A stretch of DNA of 64,000 nucleotides from a virus, in the IMG/VR virus record IMGVR_UViG_3300025133_000060, positions 17,531 to 81,530 of that record; one strand, given 5' to 3'. The position numbers and the translations under genes are program-made. Numbering within the stretch: the first letter of the stretch is position 1; each line of letters opens with the position of its first letter. Shown one piece after another: positions 1-9,507 of this stretch. Under the pieces are notes generated by a model. It saw only the letters and a program-made list of their open reading frames with translations. It had not been told where the DNA came from and made no database searches.

Positions 1-631
1 CGATTTCATCGTGGTTCACGGTCGCAAGCATATCGACTTCGATAGGCAACGCATAACGCCCGCTGCTCTGTCCATGTCTGTCGACATGGCGAGTGAATGG
101 AAATCTGCAAAGTCGCTTTGGGTCGCCCATTGTCTGTGCATCCAATGTATTCAATTCGAGTGTGGTCTTGAGATGAGTCTGGACTTGGTGAACAATCTCT
201 CTCAATGACTCTGCCGAGCCGTCTTTGGGGCTGAACTTGAATCGGGTTGGCTCATGGACTATTTGGAGATGATAGCCCTTAGAGCCGCTGTATTGCACCC
301 AATGAGCAACACCTTGCTCTCGCAAGAACTGACTCAATCGTTGAGCATCAGCAAAGGCATTCTCGGCCTTTGTCTCATGGTCGAAGTCAAAGAAGGTGAG
401 GCCATACAGGATAGAACGAGGCACTTGTCGACCACCTTGCTCCCACACCAGATTGTCATATCCTTGCGTGGAGATGAAGCACGAGTGTTCGCCATTCCAT
501 TTACGGAATGCGGCCCAAGCGTTCTCGGTTGTATATGTGAATTGTTGTCGGGGATTGCCGATGGTGCGAGGCCAATTGCTGAAGCCCAAATGTGTGGATA
601 ACTTATCGAAGTCATCATATCTGGGGAACAT
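1..631 (-). CDS. priS: Archaeo-eukaryotic primase catalytic subunit (PriS-like), 3' end runs off window; absent from the ORF track
   Basis: Manual translation from ATG 631: MFPRYDDFDKLSTHLGFSNWPRTIGNP...LTFFDFD (motif I DxD)...VQYSGSKGYH (motif II)...LDAQTMGDPKRLCRFP (motif III); open to base 1. Confidence 0.88.
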   Translation of the reverse strand, partial: MFPRYDDFDKLSTHLGFSNWPRTIGNPRQQFTYTTENAWAAFRKWNGEHSCFISTQGYDNLVWEQGGRQVPRSILYGLTFFDFDHETKAENAFADAQRLSQFLREQGVAHWVQYSGSKGYHLQIVHEPTRFKFSPKDGSAESLREIVHQVQTHLKTTLELNTLDAQTMGDPKRLCRFPFTRHVDRHGQSSGRYALPIEVDMLATVNHDEI

Positions 632-643
632 CAGACATCACTC

Positions 644-898
644 TCACGACTCCGACTCGAATCCTTCTCCAACGAGTGAACTCAACGAAGCGGCGGCATC
701 GGACACATCATTCTTGACTCTCTCGGCATACGCCTTCAACACCTGTTCTTCTGTGATTCCAGCGTGAGCCAGCAAGAGGTCGATGGCCACCGCCATTCGG
801 ATTTTCTGTCGTTGATTCTCATCAATTCCAAGCATGGCTTCGGCGGCTTGAAGGTCAAACCTGCCTTTGTTTGGGTCATATAATCCACTCATGTTCAA
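644..898 (-). CDS. Hypothetical protein (84 aa)
   Basis: ORF coupled to the upstream gene by overlap; helical composition. Confidence 0.65.
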   Translation of the reverse strand: MNMSGLYDPNKGRFDLQAAEAMLGIDENQRQKIRMAVAIDLLLAHAGITEEQVLKAYAERVKNDVSDAAASLSSLVGEGFESES

Positions 899-1695
899 GC
901 CTCACGGATTGCTTCTGTGGCGACAATGGTTGTGGTCAATCCTTCGATAACGGCGAAGCCGCCCTTCTCATGTTTTTGTAGCGTGATGGAATCACCATCA
1001 ATCGCTTTGAGAATTGTGGTCAAATTACTGGTGAAGCAAACGGATGCTTCGCCTTTCACATCGGCCTTGATTGGTGATGTTGACTGATTGGATTTTGCAC
1101 CCCATTGTCCAGATGAACATGATGACTCTCCATCCTTGAAATTGAACACCACATACGGTGCTTTGGCCACTTGCATATCGACCAGCCCACGCTGGAGTTC
1201 AGAGCGATTGAGTCGAACTTGGAGTGTTGACAATTCGCCATCAAACATCGGGAACTTGCAGATGCCAGCAGGGTTCTTTTTGAGAATCCAATGGTCAGGA
1301 ACAGTATGGCATTCATCCTCATCGGCGGCGTGATAAACAGCAGATGCACCACTTCTTGACTTGACGGTGATTGGCTTGGCGGCTTCGGTTTGAATGCGAA
1401 CTTGTTCTCCACCGAACTTGGTCGATAGCAATTCCGAGAACGCCTTTGGTTCAATCAGAAGAATGCAATCCTCTTTGACTTTGAGGCCAGTCAATTCACG
1501 CTCGTTGACCAATACTTGGAGTGTCTTGGCATTGTCGTGGGTCCACACACTCAATCCATCGTTGGTGAACATCACCCGCACAGGGGCAGGTGGGTTGTCT
1601 GTAATGATGCTTGAGAGTGCATCGGCAAGGTCAGTCGCAGACACCTTGATGTCGGCGGTTCGTTCAAGGTCGGTCGAGTTCGGAGTGAGGCTCAT
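895..1695 (-). CDS. DNA sliding clamp (PCNA-like)
   Basis: 266 aa; N-terminal pattern LADALSSII..VRVMFTNDGLSVWTHD resembles PCNA; next to primase; start moved to ATG 1695, 22 nt after TATA TTCATAAG. Confidence 0.65.
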   Translation of the reverse strand: MSLTPNSTDLERTADIKVSATDLADALSSIITDNPPAPVRVMFTNDGLSVWTHDNAKTLQVLVNERELTGLKVKEDCILLIEPKAFSELLSTKFGGEQVRIQTEAAKPITVKSRSGASAVYHAADEDECHTVPDHWILKKNPAGICKFPMFDGELSTLQVRLNRSELQRGLVDMQVAKAPYVVFNFKDGESSCSSGQWGAKSNQSTSPIKADVKGEASVCFTSNLTTILKAIDGDSITLQKHEKGGFAVIEGLTTTIVATEAIREA

Positions 1696-1762
1696 AGATA
1701 CGGAGCCGAGCCCCACCCTTATGAACCCGAAGGGAGCCACTCATCCTCAATCGAGTCGAGTA

Positions 1763-2200
1763 TCAAAACCACATTGGAACATTACGGCCAAGTGCCAGTT
1801 CTGCCTTTGCTCGGTCTCGCATGAGTTCCGCCGAACGGCGGCGGATGAATCGTGCGGATGCTTCACCATCACACGAGATGTTCTCTGGACTCAATTGACA
1901 ATCAATGCCTTCGATAATATCCAAGAGTTCGGATTCGGTTTTGCCTTCAAATTGATTCGTCTGTGGGCGAGGGGTGCTGGTCATTGTGGCGTTAATAGTG
2001 TTGACACCATCCTCGATAACTTTGCATAGCGAGCGAGGCACAGTCCAGACGGTTCCTTCACGGTGCGACTTCTGTCGACCACGAGTGCCTATCTGCTTCA
2101 CCTTGAGTTTCTTCGGGTTCACCTTTACAATTACACCCTGCGTCTTTTCACCGTGAGTTCGACCGAACTCAACAATCATTCCAATTTTCCAATCTGTCAT
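1763..2200 (-). CDS. Hypothetical protein with N-terminal SH3/KOW-like beta domain
   Basis: MTDWKIGMIVEF..GVIVKVNPKKLKV..WTVPRSLC; GGTGA SD before ATG 2200. Confidence 0.6.
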   Translation of the reverse strand: MTDWKIGMIVEFGRTHGEKTQGVIVKVNPKKLKVKQIGTRGRQKSHREGTVWTVPRSLCKVIEDGVNTINATMTSTPRPQTNQFEGKTESELLDIIEGIDCQLSPENISCDGEASARFIRRRSAELMRDRAKAELALGRNVPMWF

Positions 2201-2205
2201 TCTAT

Positions 2206-2322
2206 TCACCTTATCTCTATGACTCCAGCAATCATCAACGGCAACCAGATGAAAGTCAAGGGCATCAATGGCAAAACCATGACGCACCAAAGCCCAGCCG
2301 GTATGCGGATTAGTGGGGTCAT
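2206..2322 (-). CDS. Small hydrophobic peptide (38 aa)
   Basis: MTPLIRIPAGLWCVMVLPLMPLTFIWLPLMIAGVIEIR; ATG about 22 nt after cassette-type promoter at 2344-2370. Confidence 0.55.
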   Translation of the reverse strand: MTPLIRIPAGLWCVMVLPLMPLTFIWLPLMIAGVIEIR

Positions 2323-2495
2323 GTTTATCGCACCACTATCCGCCTTATCAATGCTTCGGTATCTCAACCCTTTCAACCCCTATACCCATCACAAGTTTCT
2401 CTGTTGACAAGATATTGAGTTCGATATGAAGTCCTCGAACGAGTGAGGAACGAGGTTTGTGTAAATTATTACGGGTTTTAACTGGATGAAATGAA

Positions 2496-2843
2496 TCATT
2501 CGGTCGGCGGGTCAAACGCATCGGGATGAGCCAACCAAGTCGATTGGTCATATGATGTGCGGCCATCAATGCCAGCGACTTTCACTCGACCATCCTCGTG
2601 GAACAGGTATGGTTTATTCGCCAAGTGGTTGGTCAAGGCATTCATAGAGAATGGTTGATTGGGGAGATTGAGAACTTCTGTCGATGACAATGGTTTGCCA
2701 TCAGGGAACACCGCACCGGCTTGAATCATGGCTTTCCATAACCGCTTGATATTGCGACCATCGTGGCGACCAAGACGGCCAAACCTGCGAGTCCCATACT
2801 TGGATGATGGAACTTCACGGTCAGGCTTCTCTTCGTCTCCCAC
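2496..2843 (-). CDS. Hypothetical protein, possible winged-helix DNA-binding protein
   Basis: 115-aa ORF with GTG start and TATA-like element upstream; basic N-terminus. Confidence 0.5.
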   Translation of the reverse strand: MGDEEKPDREVPSSKYGTRRFGRLGRHDGRNIKRLWKAMIQAGAVFPDGKPLSSTEVLNLPNQPFSMNALTNHLANKPYLFHEDGRVKVAGIDGRTSYDQSTWLAHPDAFDPPTE

Positions 2844-2915
2844 AATAGGCGGCAGACCTGCCGCATCAATAAGGGTTGGGTTGATTAGTCAGTTAAATGA
2901 GTCGGTTGCCCATGT

Positions 2916-4100
2916 TCACTTCTTCTTCACCTTCATGGCATTGTATGGCTTCTTGATAGCAGATTCCTGCACTTGCTTCGCCATATCCTCTGGGAGAATG
3001 GGCAACACTCGTTCCACCGCCGCCTTCGTCAATCCGACCATCTGGCCGAACACCGCCGGTGGCACGATGCGTTGAACTTCGGATGGAATGAACTCGGTGC
3101 GTTCGCCTTGTTGATATTCAACAGTCCATCCATCGGTCTCGATTTTCAATTCTTTGTTCATTGGGTCGAGTCGTGAACGCAAGTCCTTCTCGATGTTCTT
3201 GCGGCGAGATGTCAGGATTCCCTGTGCCGCCTTGATTTTAGCGAGTGCATCCAATTGCTCATCATCGGTGTCGAACTCCGATGCAACGAGGTCGAATGAG
3301 CCTTTGTGAATGAGAGTCTGAACCTTTGGGCAGATTGATTGATATGCACACCACTTGCACGAATCTCCGAGCGATGGTTTGCCTTCTTTGAGTGTCTTGA
3401 TGGATTCATACTTGGCCTTGAGCCATAACTTGAACTCTTCGATTTGCTCATCAGTCCAGACCGTTGACACCGGACCCCATCGAATCATATCGAATGTGAA
3501 TCGAAGTGGCCTGTCGGGGAACATTTGCTTCGCCCATGCCAGATAGATTCCGGCTTGAACATCGTTGTCGGCTTCGGCTTGCGACTTCGGCATCCTGTTG
3601 GTTTTGTAGTCAATGAGTTCTATCGTGCCGTCTTTGTGTTCCAGTATCAAATCAATGAATCCGAATATGGGAACTTCACCACCATCGACTTGTAATTTGA
3701 ATGGTGCGTGATGGCCACCACCCATTCGTTGTTCAGTAGCATAGACTCGCACAGGAGTCTTGCCACGCCTATCGAACCAACGGCGAAGCATCTGCTTGCC
3801 GTCTTGATAGAAGTCGAAGTCGACCGTATATTGTGGGTCAGCCGCCCATCGCTCATAGTGCTTCATCAACGCACCGAACTTGGGCTTGGGTGTTGACCCG
3901 TCTTTGTTGGGCTTGCGCCAATCCTCAAGCGCACCGTGAACAACATTCCCCAGCCGAGCCGCTTGCATCGAGGATGGGTGATTCGACATCTCTTTGAGAA
4001 TGCGCTCTGATTCGGAATCTGGGTCATACTGGAACTGATAAGCGAGGGTGCAATCCTTTGCCATTCGGAGTCGAGTGGCCGAGATGTATGGAACTTTCAT
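2916..4100 (-). CDS. PD-(D/E)XK nuclease, Cas4/AddB-like with predicted Fe-S cluster
   Basis: GNVVHGALE, GFIDLIL...IDYKT, QAGIY, N-terminal Cys plus CKWCAYQSIC. Confidence 0.85.
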   Translation of the reverse strand: MKVPYISATRLRMAKDCTLAYQFQYDPDSESERILKEMSNHPSSMQAARLGNVVHGALEDWRKPNKDGSTPKPKFGALMKHYERWAADPQYTVDFDFYQDGKQMLRRWFDRRGKTPVRVYATEQRMGGGHHAPFKLQVDGGEVPIFGFIDLILEHKDGTIELIDYKTNRMPKSQAEADNDVQAGIYLAWAKQMFPDRPLRFTFDMIRWGPVSTVWTDEQIEEFKLWLKAKYESIKTLKEGKPSLGDSCKWCAYQSICPKVQTLIHKGSFDLVASEFDTDDEQLDALAKIKAAQGILTSRRKNIEKDLRSRLDPMNKELKIETDGWTVEYQQGERTEFIPSEVQRIVPPAVFGQMVGLTKAAVERVLPILPEDMAKQVQESAIKKPYNAMKVKKK

Positions 4101-4149
4101 AGTGTATCACCTACAACCCCACCCATATCAAGGGTGTGGCAGATGCCGA

Positions 4150-5031
4150 TTAAATGGCTGACTTCTCCACCGCTTTGTTGAAGCGGGGTTGGGTCGGGTT
4201 ATCCAAGACGAACGGTGGGCAAGCACGAGACTTCTTGACTTGAGCCAAGTAGCGAACCTGCAAATCTCCCTTCTTGATTCGTTGTTGTGAAGTGAACTCC
4301 ACAATCCAGTCGAAGAGAGGGTCGGTGATGTCGGGGCGACCTGCGCTCACGACAATCTCCTTTGCGTCTGGTGTGCCGAATCCTTCGGTGCGACTCTTCA
4401 TCAAAGTAGTCGAGATGAAGTGTGCGCCATACAGTTCTGCACCCATTTTGAGTCGCTCAAATGGTTGAACGAACAATCGGTTGATGACTTTGTATGAGTG
4501 CATCTGGCCTTCGGCGAATGTTGGGAGTGTCTTTTTGCCTTCACGCAGGGCTTGTTGTTGGCGGGATAGAAGCAAGTCTGCTTCGCTCATACCGTGAACG
4601 GATTCTGCGTAGTGGTTGCGGCATCCCAGATAGAATGCGCCTTCGTTCTCCAAGACCATCACTCGAACACCGGCTGGATGATTCTCTTTGTGCTGGCGGT
4701 GAAGGTCGATGAATGCAAGAGTCATGTCGTTGACTTCATCTGGAGTGGTGCAAACCTTTCGCAGAATGCTCGGTCGCAAATCCTCACGGATGATTGAATC
4801 ACGAGCGATGAGGTCAGCCTGACCTTCAAGGTCGCAATCAATGATGGTCAACAAACACTCATCTGGTTTTTTGCCATCGGCGAGGTCGTTGAACATCGTG
4901 AGATAGAAGTTCGTCTTTCCAGAACCGCTGAATCCTTGTAATTTCATGTGTCGGGTGCGGTTCTGAATCATGCTATCGCCAGTATCACAACCGGCGATGA
5001 GTGCTGAATAGTCAGTCTTTTTTCGTGCCAT
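4150..5031 (-). CDS. P-loop ATPase (RecA/Sak4-like recombination protein)
   Basis: Walker A GFSGSGKT, IIDCD; lies between nuclease and SSB-like gene. Confidence 0.65.
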   Translation of the reverse strand: MARKKTDYSALIAGCDTGDSMIQNRTRHMKLQGFSGSGKTNFYLTMFNDLADGKKPDECLLTIIDCDLEGQADLIARDSIIREDLRPSILRKVCTTPDEVNDMTLAFIDLHRQHKENHPAGVRVMVLENEGAFYLGCRNHYAESVHGMSEADLLLSRQQQALREGKKTLPTFAEGQMHSYKVINRLFVQPFERLKMGAELYGAHFISTTLMKSRTEGFGTPDAKEIVVSAGRPDITDPLFDWIVEFTSQQRIKKGDLQVRYLAQVKKSRACPPFVLDNPTQPRFNKAVEKSAI

Positions 5032-5077
5032 ATCAATCCCTCACATTCACACCTATATCAATCGTGGATTCCCACCA

Positions 5078-6448
5078 TCAGTCCCAGTCATCCCATTCAT
5101 CATCATCATCATCGCCGGAGATGAATCCATCATCATCCTTTGACGCATCAACAACAGTCGGTGCGGAATCGCCGGACAATGCCTCAACGAGTTCCGCCTT
5201 CTTCATAGTGGAGTAGCCTTCGATGCCTTCTGCCTTGCACATGGCCTTGAGAGCCTTGACAGGGAGAATGGTGAGGTCAATATCGTCATCATCATCGTCA
5301 TCATCATCATCATCCGATTCTTCGACCACAGGGGGTGCTTCTGGGGCTTCTTCGGGTTCAGATGGTGTTGGAGTAGTATCGACTGATTCGGTGGCTTCTG
5401 ATGCACCGGAATCGTCATCATCGTCATCATCGTCATCATCAAGGTTGATGGCCTTTGCAGATTGCTTGTTGAAGTAATCAGCCGCATCATCCTCTTTGGA
5501 TTCAACGGTGGCAACCTTAGCCACAATCGGTGCGACCAGAATGACAGGGAGAGCGACAACGATGTTGCCGGACAATCCGTATTCGCCTTGCACCTTAGTG
5601 GTGATGAGAGCGAGGATTTTGGAGTATTTGCCAAAGCGAGTAGCGATGTCGGTCGAACACAATGCGTTCAACATGAGTGATTCACCAGATTCGATTGCTT
5701 CGAGAGTCATAGTGGAATCATCCTTGAGAAGTAATTTGCCGAACTGGTTTCCTGCACGACTGTTTTGAACACCGGCGTATGATACAGTAGCCTCAATCAA
5801 ACGGTAATCGTTGCGACCACGACTGACATCATCCTCAAGGTCGGCTATATCCACGACTTCATAGGTGTCCTTGAGCAAATCGACAGCAGATTCATGTGTG
5901 TATTCTTCGGAGTGAAATGTGGTCAAGCCGGAGAGTGGGCGTAGGTCAAGAGTAGGCGCATCCAGATTGCGGCATGACACCGACACTTCATAGATTCCAT
6001 CTCGTTCGACATCATCGCCGATTGCCGCATCATCATCCCAAAGAGACATTGAGAACATAGCCGCATCCATAGCATCATCGCCATCCTCAACAACGGCTTG
6101 GCCGAATATGTTGCATACTGGTCGAGGGTTGCCTGATGCCGCACCAACGGTGTTGTGTGATACAGACCATATTTGAACATGGGCGGTGTATCGCTTTTGA
6201 CGAAGAATACTGGTGAGGTCGGTGAGAACGATGTCGGTCAAGAATGCTTGGGCGACTTCACTTGCTACGCCGCCGAGTGAATCAACGGTCTCTTTCAATG
6301 AAGCGTCTTGTGCTTTGTTATTGAACATCGCAACCACAGGAGTGGCATCCTTGAAGATTCCATTGGCGATGCCTCGCTCGATGAACGGAGCGAGTCGCTT
6401 TGCGGCGGTCGGTGGCAGGGCTAAATTATCGGCTTTCTTGGCTGACAT
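5078..6448 (-). CDS. ssDNA-binding protein (RPA/OB-fold-like) with acidic tail and Rho-N/HeH-like motif
   Basis: Beta-rich core (FSMSLWDD, KLLLKDDS), poly-Asp tracts, LPVKALKAMCKAEGIEGYSTMKKAELVEAL, C-terminal EWDDWD; replication context. Confidence 0.55.
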   Translation of the reverse strand: MSAKKADNLALPPTAAKRLAPFIERGIANGIFKDATPVVAMFNNKAQDASLKETVDSLGGVASEVAQAFLTDIVLTDLTSILRQKRYTAHVQIWSVSHNTVGAASGNPRPVCNIFGQAVVEDGDDAMDAAMFSMSLWDDDAAIGDDVERDGIYEVSVSCRNLDAPTLDLRPLSGLTTFHSEEYTHESAVDLLKDTYEVVDIADLEDDVSRGRNDYRLIEATVSYAGVQNSRAGNQFGKLLLKDDSTMTLEAIESGESLMLNALCSTDIATRFGKYSKILALITTKVQGEYGLSGNIVVALPVILVAPIVAKVATVESKEDDAADYFNKQSAKAINLDDDDDDDDDDSGASEATESVDTTPTPSEPEEAPEAPPVVEESDDDDDDDDDDDIDLTILPVKALKAMCKAEGIEGYSTMKKAELVEALSGDSAPTVVDASKDDDGFISGDDDDDEWDDWD

Positions 6449-6464
6449 ATTTCACCCAGAGATT

Positions 6465-6479
6465 CCCCACCCTTATGAA
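6465..6479 (-). promoter_or_regulatory. Representative replication-class promoter TT(C/G)ATAAGGGTGGG
   Basis: Related copies about 22 nt before ATGs at 1695, 4100, 5031, 6448, 8485, 13148, 43761, 52961, 55404, 56638, 61953, 62873. Confidence 0.8.
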
Positions 6480-8485
6480 GCCGAATAGTCAGTATCGAGA
6501 GTGTCGAGGTGTGCATTTGCTATCTGTTCCCAGAAGTCATCATCGCTGGACTCAACGGCAGTTTGCGCCAGTTTTTGAACCTTCTTTCGCACTTCTCGCT
6601 TGGCTTCAAGAGCATCCGTTGAAGCCGATTCTGTCGTTCCATCCATCCATGCACATCGAGAACCAAAGAGGGTTGGTCGGTGTGGGCTATCACCCACGAT
6701 GTCATAGAATGCACCACGCACACCGGAATGCAGATACTTCGGCAAAACCAAAGACCGCCAGATGAGGGATTCTGATTTTGTTGAGCAACCAATTGACTTG
6801 AGAAGGGCGGCATCTGTGCCAGTTAATTTCATACTGGACACCGGCTTTTCACAATCAACAAGAATATCGGAGAAGTCGGACATCGTTGTCGACAATGAAG
6901 AACGACAGGATTCAATGAATAGTGGAGCCAGCGCATAAGTGTCCATCAATCCAGTTCGGGTCTTGACGATGTTCCATGTCTTTCGACCACCACCACGACC
7001 ACCACCACGCTTCTTGACTTCAATCAATCCCGAATCCTCAAGGGTCGGCAGATGCTTCTCCTTGAGTGCATTCTTAGAACAAGTGAATGCGTGAATGTGA
7101 AGCCATTGGAGAATCCCATCTTCTGTTAATGCTCGACTGGACTCGACCATCTTTTTCATTTCATTGAATACAAGCCAAGAATCTTCGGGAACACCAGATA
7201 GTGAGGCTCGCAAAACCAAGTCGCAGAGAATCAATCCCAACACATTATCTTCTATCGAACTCAATATGAATGTGTTCTCTTCGATTTGGTGTGTCGGTCG
7301 TTGTTCCTGATGCAGAAGTGTAATTGTGTCGATGATGGAGAGAACTTTGGTGATGTCTCGTTGGTGTTGTGCTGACTTTGCTGGAAAGAAGTCGGCCATC
7401 ATTGGGGCGAATATGTTGCGAACTCGATACTTCTTCGCCTTGAGCATCGCCGCTTGAAGTAAATATAAATCGGGATGGATGAACAAATCCTCTGGTCGGG
7501 CTTTGGCCATGAGAGTATTCGAGACCACCGCTTCAACCTTATCAGGAGTAGTGTCGGGAGTCATCAATAACTGGCGAGTAATTTGTTCCGCTTCGCTTGG
7601 GTTGCGAGTGGTGAGAGTGATGAATGATGGTTGGCCACGAATGATGAAATCACGAGTCTCAATCTCACCAGTCATCTCATTCTTGATTGGAGTTTTCCAG
7701 ACCAGTTCTTTGTCGTCTCCAGACATCAACGGCTTCATCCGGCGCATGAATGCGTATGACTCATCCTTCTCCAGAATGACGATGCAACGATTGGCCACAT
7801 TGACAATGAACTCACCATCATCGCTGACTTCATCATAGTCATACTTGAGTGCTTCTTTGGATGCACCAGCAAGAACCATGCACATTGACTTCGGGAATCC
7901 ATTCCGAGCCGTGAGAGTGAGATATGTTTTACCAGATGCCGATGAACCAATCAATTCCAGATTGAGGGGGTGTTCAGTTTTGCAGGATAAGAATACCAAA
8001 AAGGTCAACAGGAGATTTGCATCATCTCCAACAAATGGAGATTCTCGACTGTTGTGGAGAATATCATTGATTCTGTCGAGCAGGTCAGGCTGGCTAAGGA
8101 ACTTGGAGATAGTATCGGCTTCGATATATCCGAACGATGAGTTTCGACCCTCATATTCGCTGACTTCAATTTCAATCCGGTCAGGGATTGGCGCTGGAAC
8201 ATAATCACCATCTCGCAGTTTGATTCCAACCGTCAATGCTTCGGCGATGAATTGCTCCTTCTGGTCATCGGCGACTTTCATCGACTTCGCCAAGCGAGCG
8301 AGAGAATGTTGTGAGAGAACATTGAACTTGCCAAGTGGCTTGCCATCATGTTCGGCGGTGAAGTCCATCCGACCTTTCGCAGATGATAGGAATATGAAGG
8401 CGATGTCCTTCTCACAAAGCGTGGTCTCATATCGACTCGCCGACTGTGCGGATTGTTTGACTTCGATAGCATCGCCGCTGGACAT
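6473..8485 (-). CDS. AAA+ ATPase, probable replicative helicase (MCM-related) with C-terminal wHTH
   Basis: NLELIGSSASGKT Walker A, IVILEKDE Walker B-like, FITLTT sensor, LPTLEDSGLIEV wHTH-like. Confidence 0.65.
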   Translation of the reverse strand: MSSGDAIEVKQSAQSASRYETTLCEKDIAFIFLSSAKGRMDFTAEHDGKPLGKFNVLSQHSLARLAKSMKVADDQKEQFIAEALTVGIKLRDGDYVPAPIPDRIEIEVSEYEGRNSSFGYIEADTISKFLSQPDLLDRINDILHNSRESPFVGDDANLLLTFLVFLSCKTEHPLNLELIGSSASGKTYLTLTARNGFPKSMCMVLAGASKEALKYDYDEVSDDGEFIVNVANRCIVILEKDESYAFMRRMKPLMSGDDKELVWKTPIKNEMTGEIETRDFIIRGQPSFITLTTRNPSEAEQITRQLLMTPDTTPDKVEAVVSNTLMAKARPEDLFIHPDLYLLQAAMLKAKKYRVRNIFAPMMADFFPAKSAQHQRDITKVLSIIDTITLLHQEQRPTHQIEENTFILSSIEDNVLGLILCDLVLRASLSGVPEDSWLVFNEMKKMVESSRALTEDGILQWLHIHAFTCSKNALKEKHLPTLEDSGLIEVKKRGGGRGGGRKTWNIVKTRTGLMDTYALAPLFIESCRSSLSTTMSDFSDILVDCEKPVSSMKLTGTDAALLKSIGCSTKSESLIWRSLVLPKYLHSGVRGAFYDIVGDSPHRPTLFGSRCAWMDGTTESASTDALEAKREVRKKVQKLAQTAVESSDDDFWEQIANAHLDTLDTDYSAS

Positions 8486-8530
8486 GACTCAAGGGAATCC
8501 CCCCACCGTTATGAAGGTGGACAACCCACT

Positions 8531-8941
8531 TCAACAAATCATTGTGAGATTGTCGGTCGAGGTTGATGACCAATAAGTGTCTCTGACTTTATCATGTGGC
8601 TTCATCCAAGAGTGTGAACCAACGAAGAGGACACCATCGTCATTGTGAGCGAAGTGAACTCCGGTCTTGTCGGTGAAGTCTTGAAGAGTCTTGATTGAAG
8701 TCTTGGCTTTGCTCGCAACCATCCAAAGGTCGGTGCGGGTCGATGTGATTCCGCCGCCGATGAATGATTGTCCAGCATTCCAAGACTTGGATATGTTCGC
8801 AAGAAGAATGGAATCCCAATCCCACTTGCCACCAAGACGGATGCCATACATTTGACCCTTATGGGATGAGCATTTGTCGCTCACGATATGCAGACGGGTG
8901 TCTGGTGTTGGGATTTCAAGGTCGCCGATTAGGTTGCTCAT
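8531..8941 (-). CDS. Hypothetical protein (136 aa)
   Basis: ORF with cassette-type promoter at 8965-8990. Confidence 0.65.
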   Translation of the reverse strand: MSNLIGDLEIPTPDTRLHIVSDKCSSHKGQMYGIRLGGKWDWDSILLANISKSWNAGQSFIGGGITSTRTDLWMVASKAKTSIKTLQDFTDKTGVHFAHNDDGVLFVGSHSWMKPHDKVRDTYWSSTSTDNLTMIC

Positions 8942-8989
8942 GCCCTTTGAGGGGAGCCACCACTATATTAACTCATCGGAATATCAATG

Positions 8990-9289
8990 CTATTGTTCTT
9001 TAATTACCCATGAATCCATATCCAACGGGTCGATTGTCGCCGCTCTGAATCCACAGGAATGTTCGCCTCGATGAACGAACAGATAGTTTGGATGCTGGGT
9101 CAACGGGTATAATTTGAACTCCCATATCTCGGCGTTCATCCTATTGCATTTGCGACATTCCTGTTGATTCACTCTCGCCGAGTGAACTTTTCGCCGTTGG
9201 TCTTGGCCTTCAAATGAAAACACCATTTCATCTGGAATGAACTCCGATGTGAGTTCTCGACCCGTATCGGGTTCGATAGTCATATACAT
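8990..9289 (-). CDS. Hypothetical Zn-ribbon-like protein
   Basis: CRKC...HSCG; overlapping operon arrangement. Confidence 0.6.
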   Translation of the reverse strand: MYMTIEPDTGRELTSEFIPDEMVFSFEGQDQRRKVHSARVNQQECRKCNRMNAEIWEFKLYPLTQHPNYLFVHRGEHSCGFRAATIDPLDMDSWVIKEQ

Positions 9290-9507
9290 TCACTCTCGGT
9301 GATTGGGAATCTGATTGATGAAAGGATTTTGGATATACTCGGTCGAGAATCTCCCATCGCAATTAGAGCATATCCATTCATATCGCAATAGTCGGAGAGA
9401 ATTGATAATGACGCACTCCCGCTTGGTAATCTCACCAGTTCGGGATAGCAACCGGCTCGTTGAAAGTCAAGCACGAAGTATGTCATGTTGTGCAATCTCA
9501 CACTCAT
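9280..9507 (-). CDS. Hypothetical protein (75 aa)
   Basis: ATGA overlap with upstream gene; GGTGA SD. Confidence 0.55.
   Translation of the reverse strand: MSVRLHNMTYFVLDFQRAGCYPELVRLPSGSASLSILSDYCDMNGYALIAMGDSRPSISKILSSIRFPITESECI

Noticed and set aside
334-618. 94-aa minus-strand ORF
   Set aside because: Alternative frame of the primase gene, which carries the real motifs
5096-5440. (TCA)n microsatellite-like tracts
   Set aside because: They encode the poly-Asp tracts of the SSB-like protein
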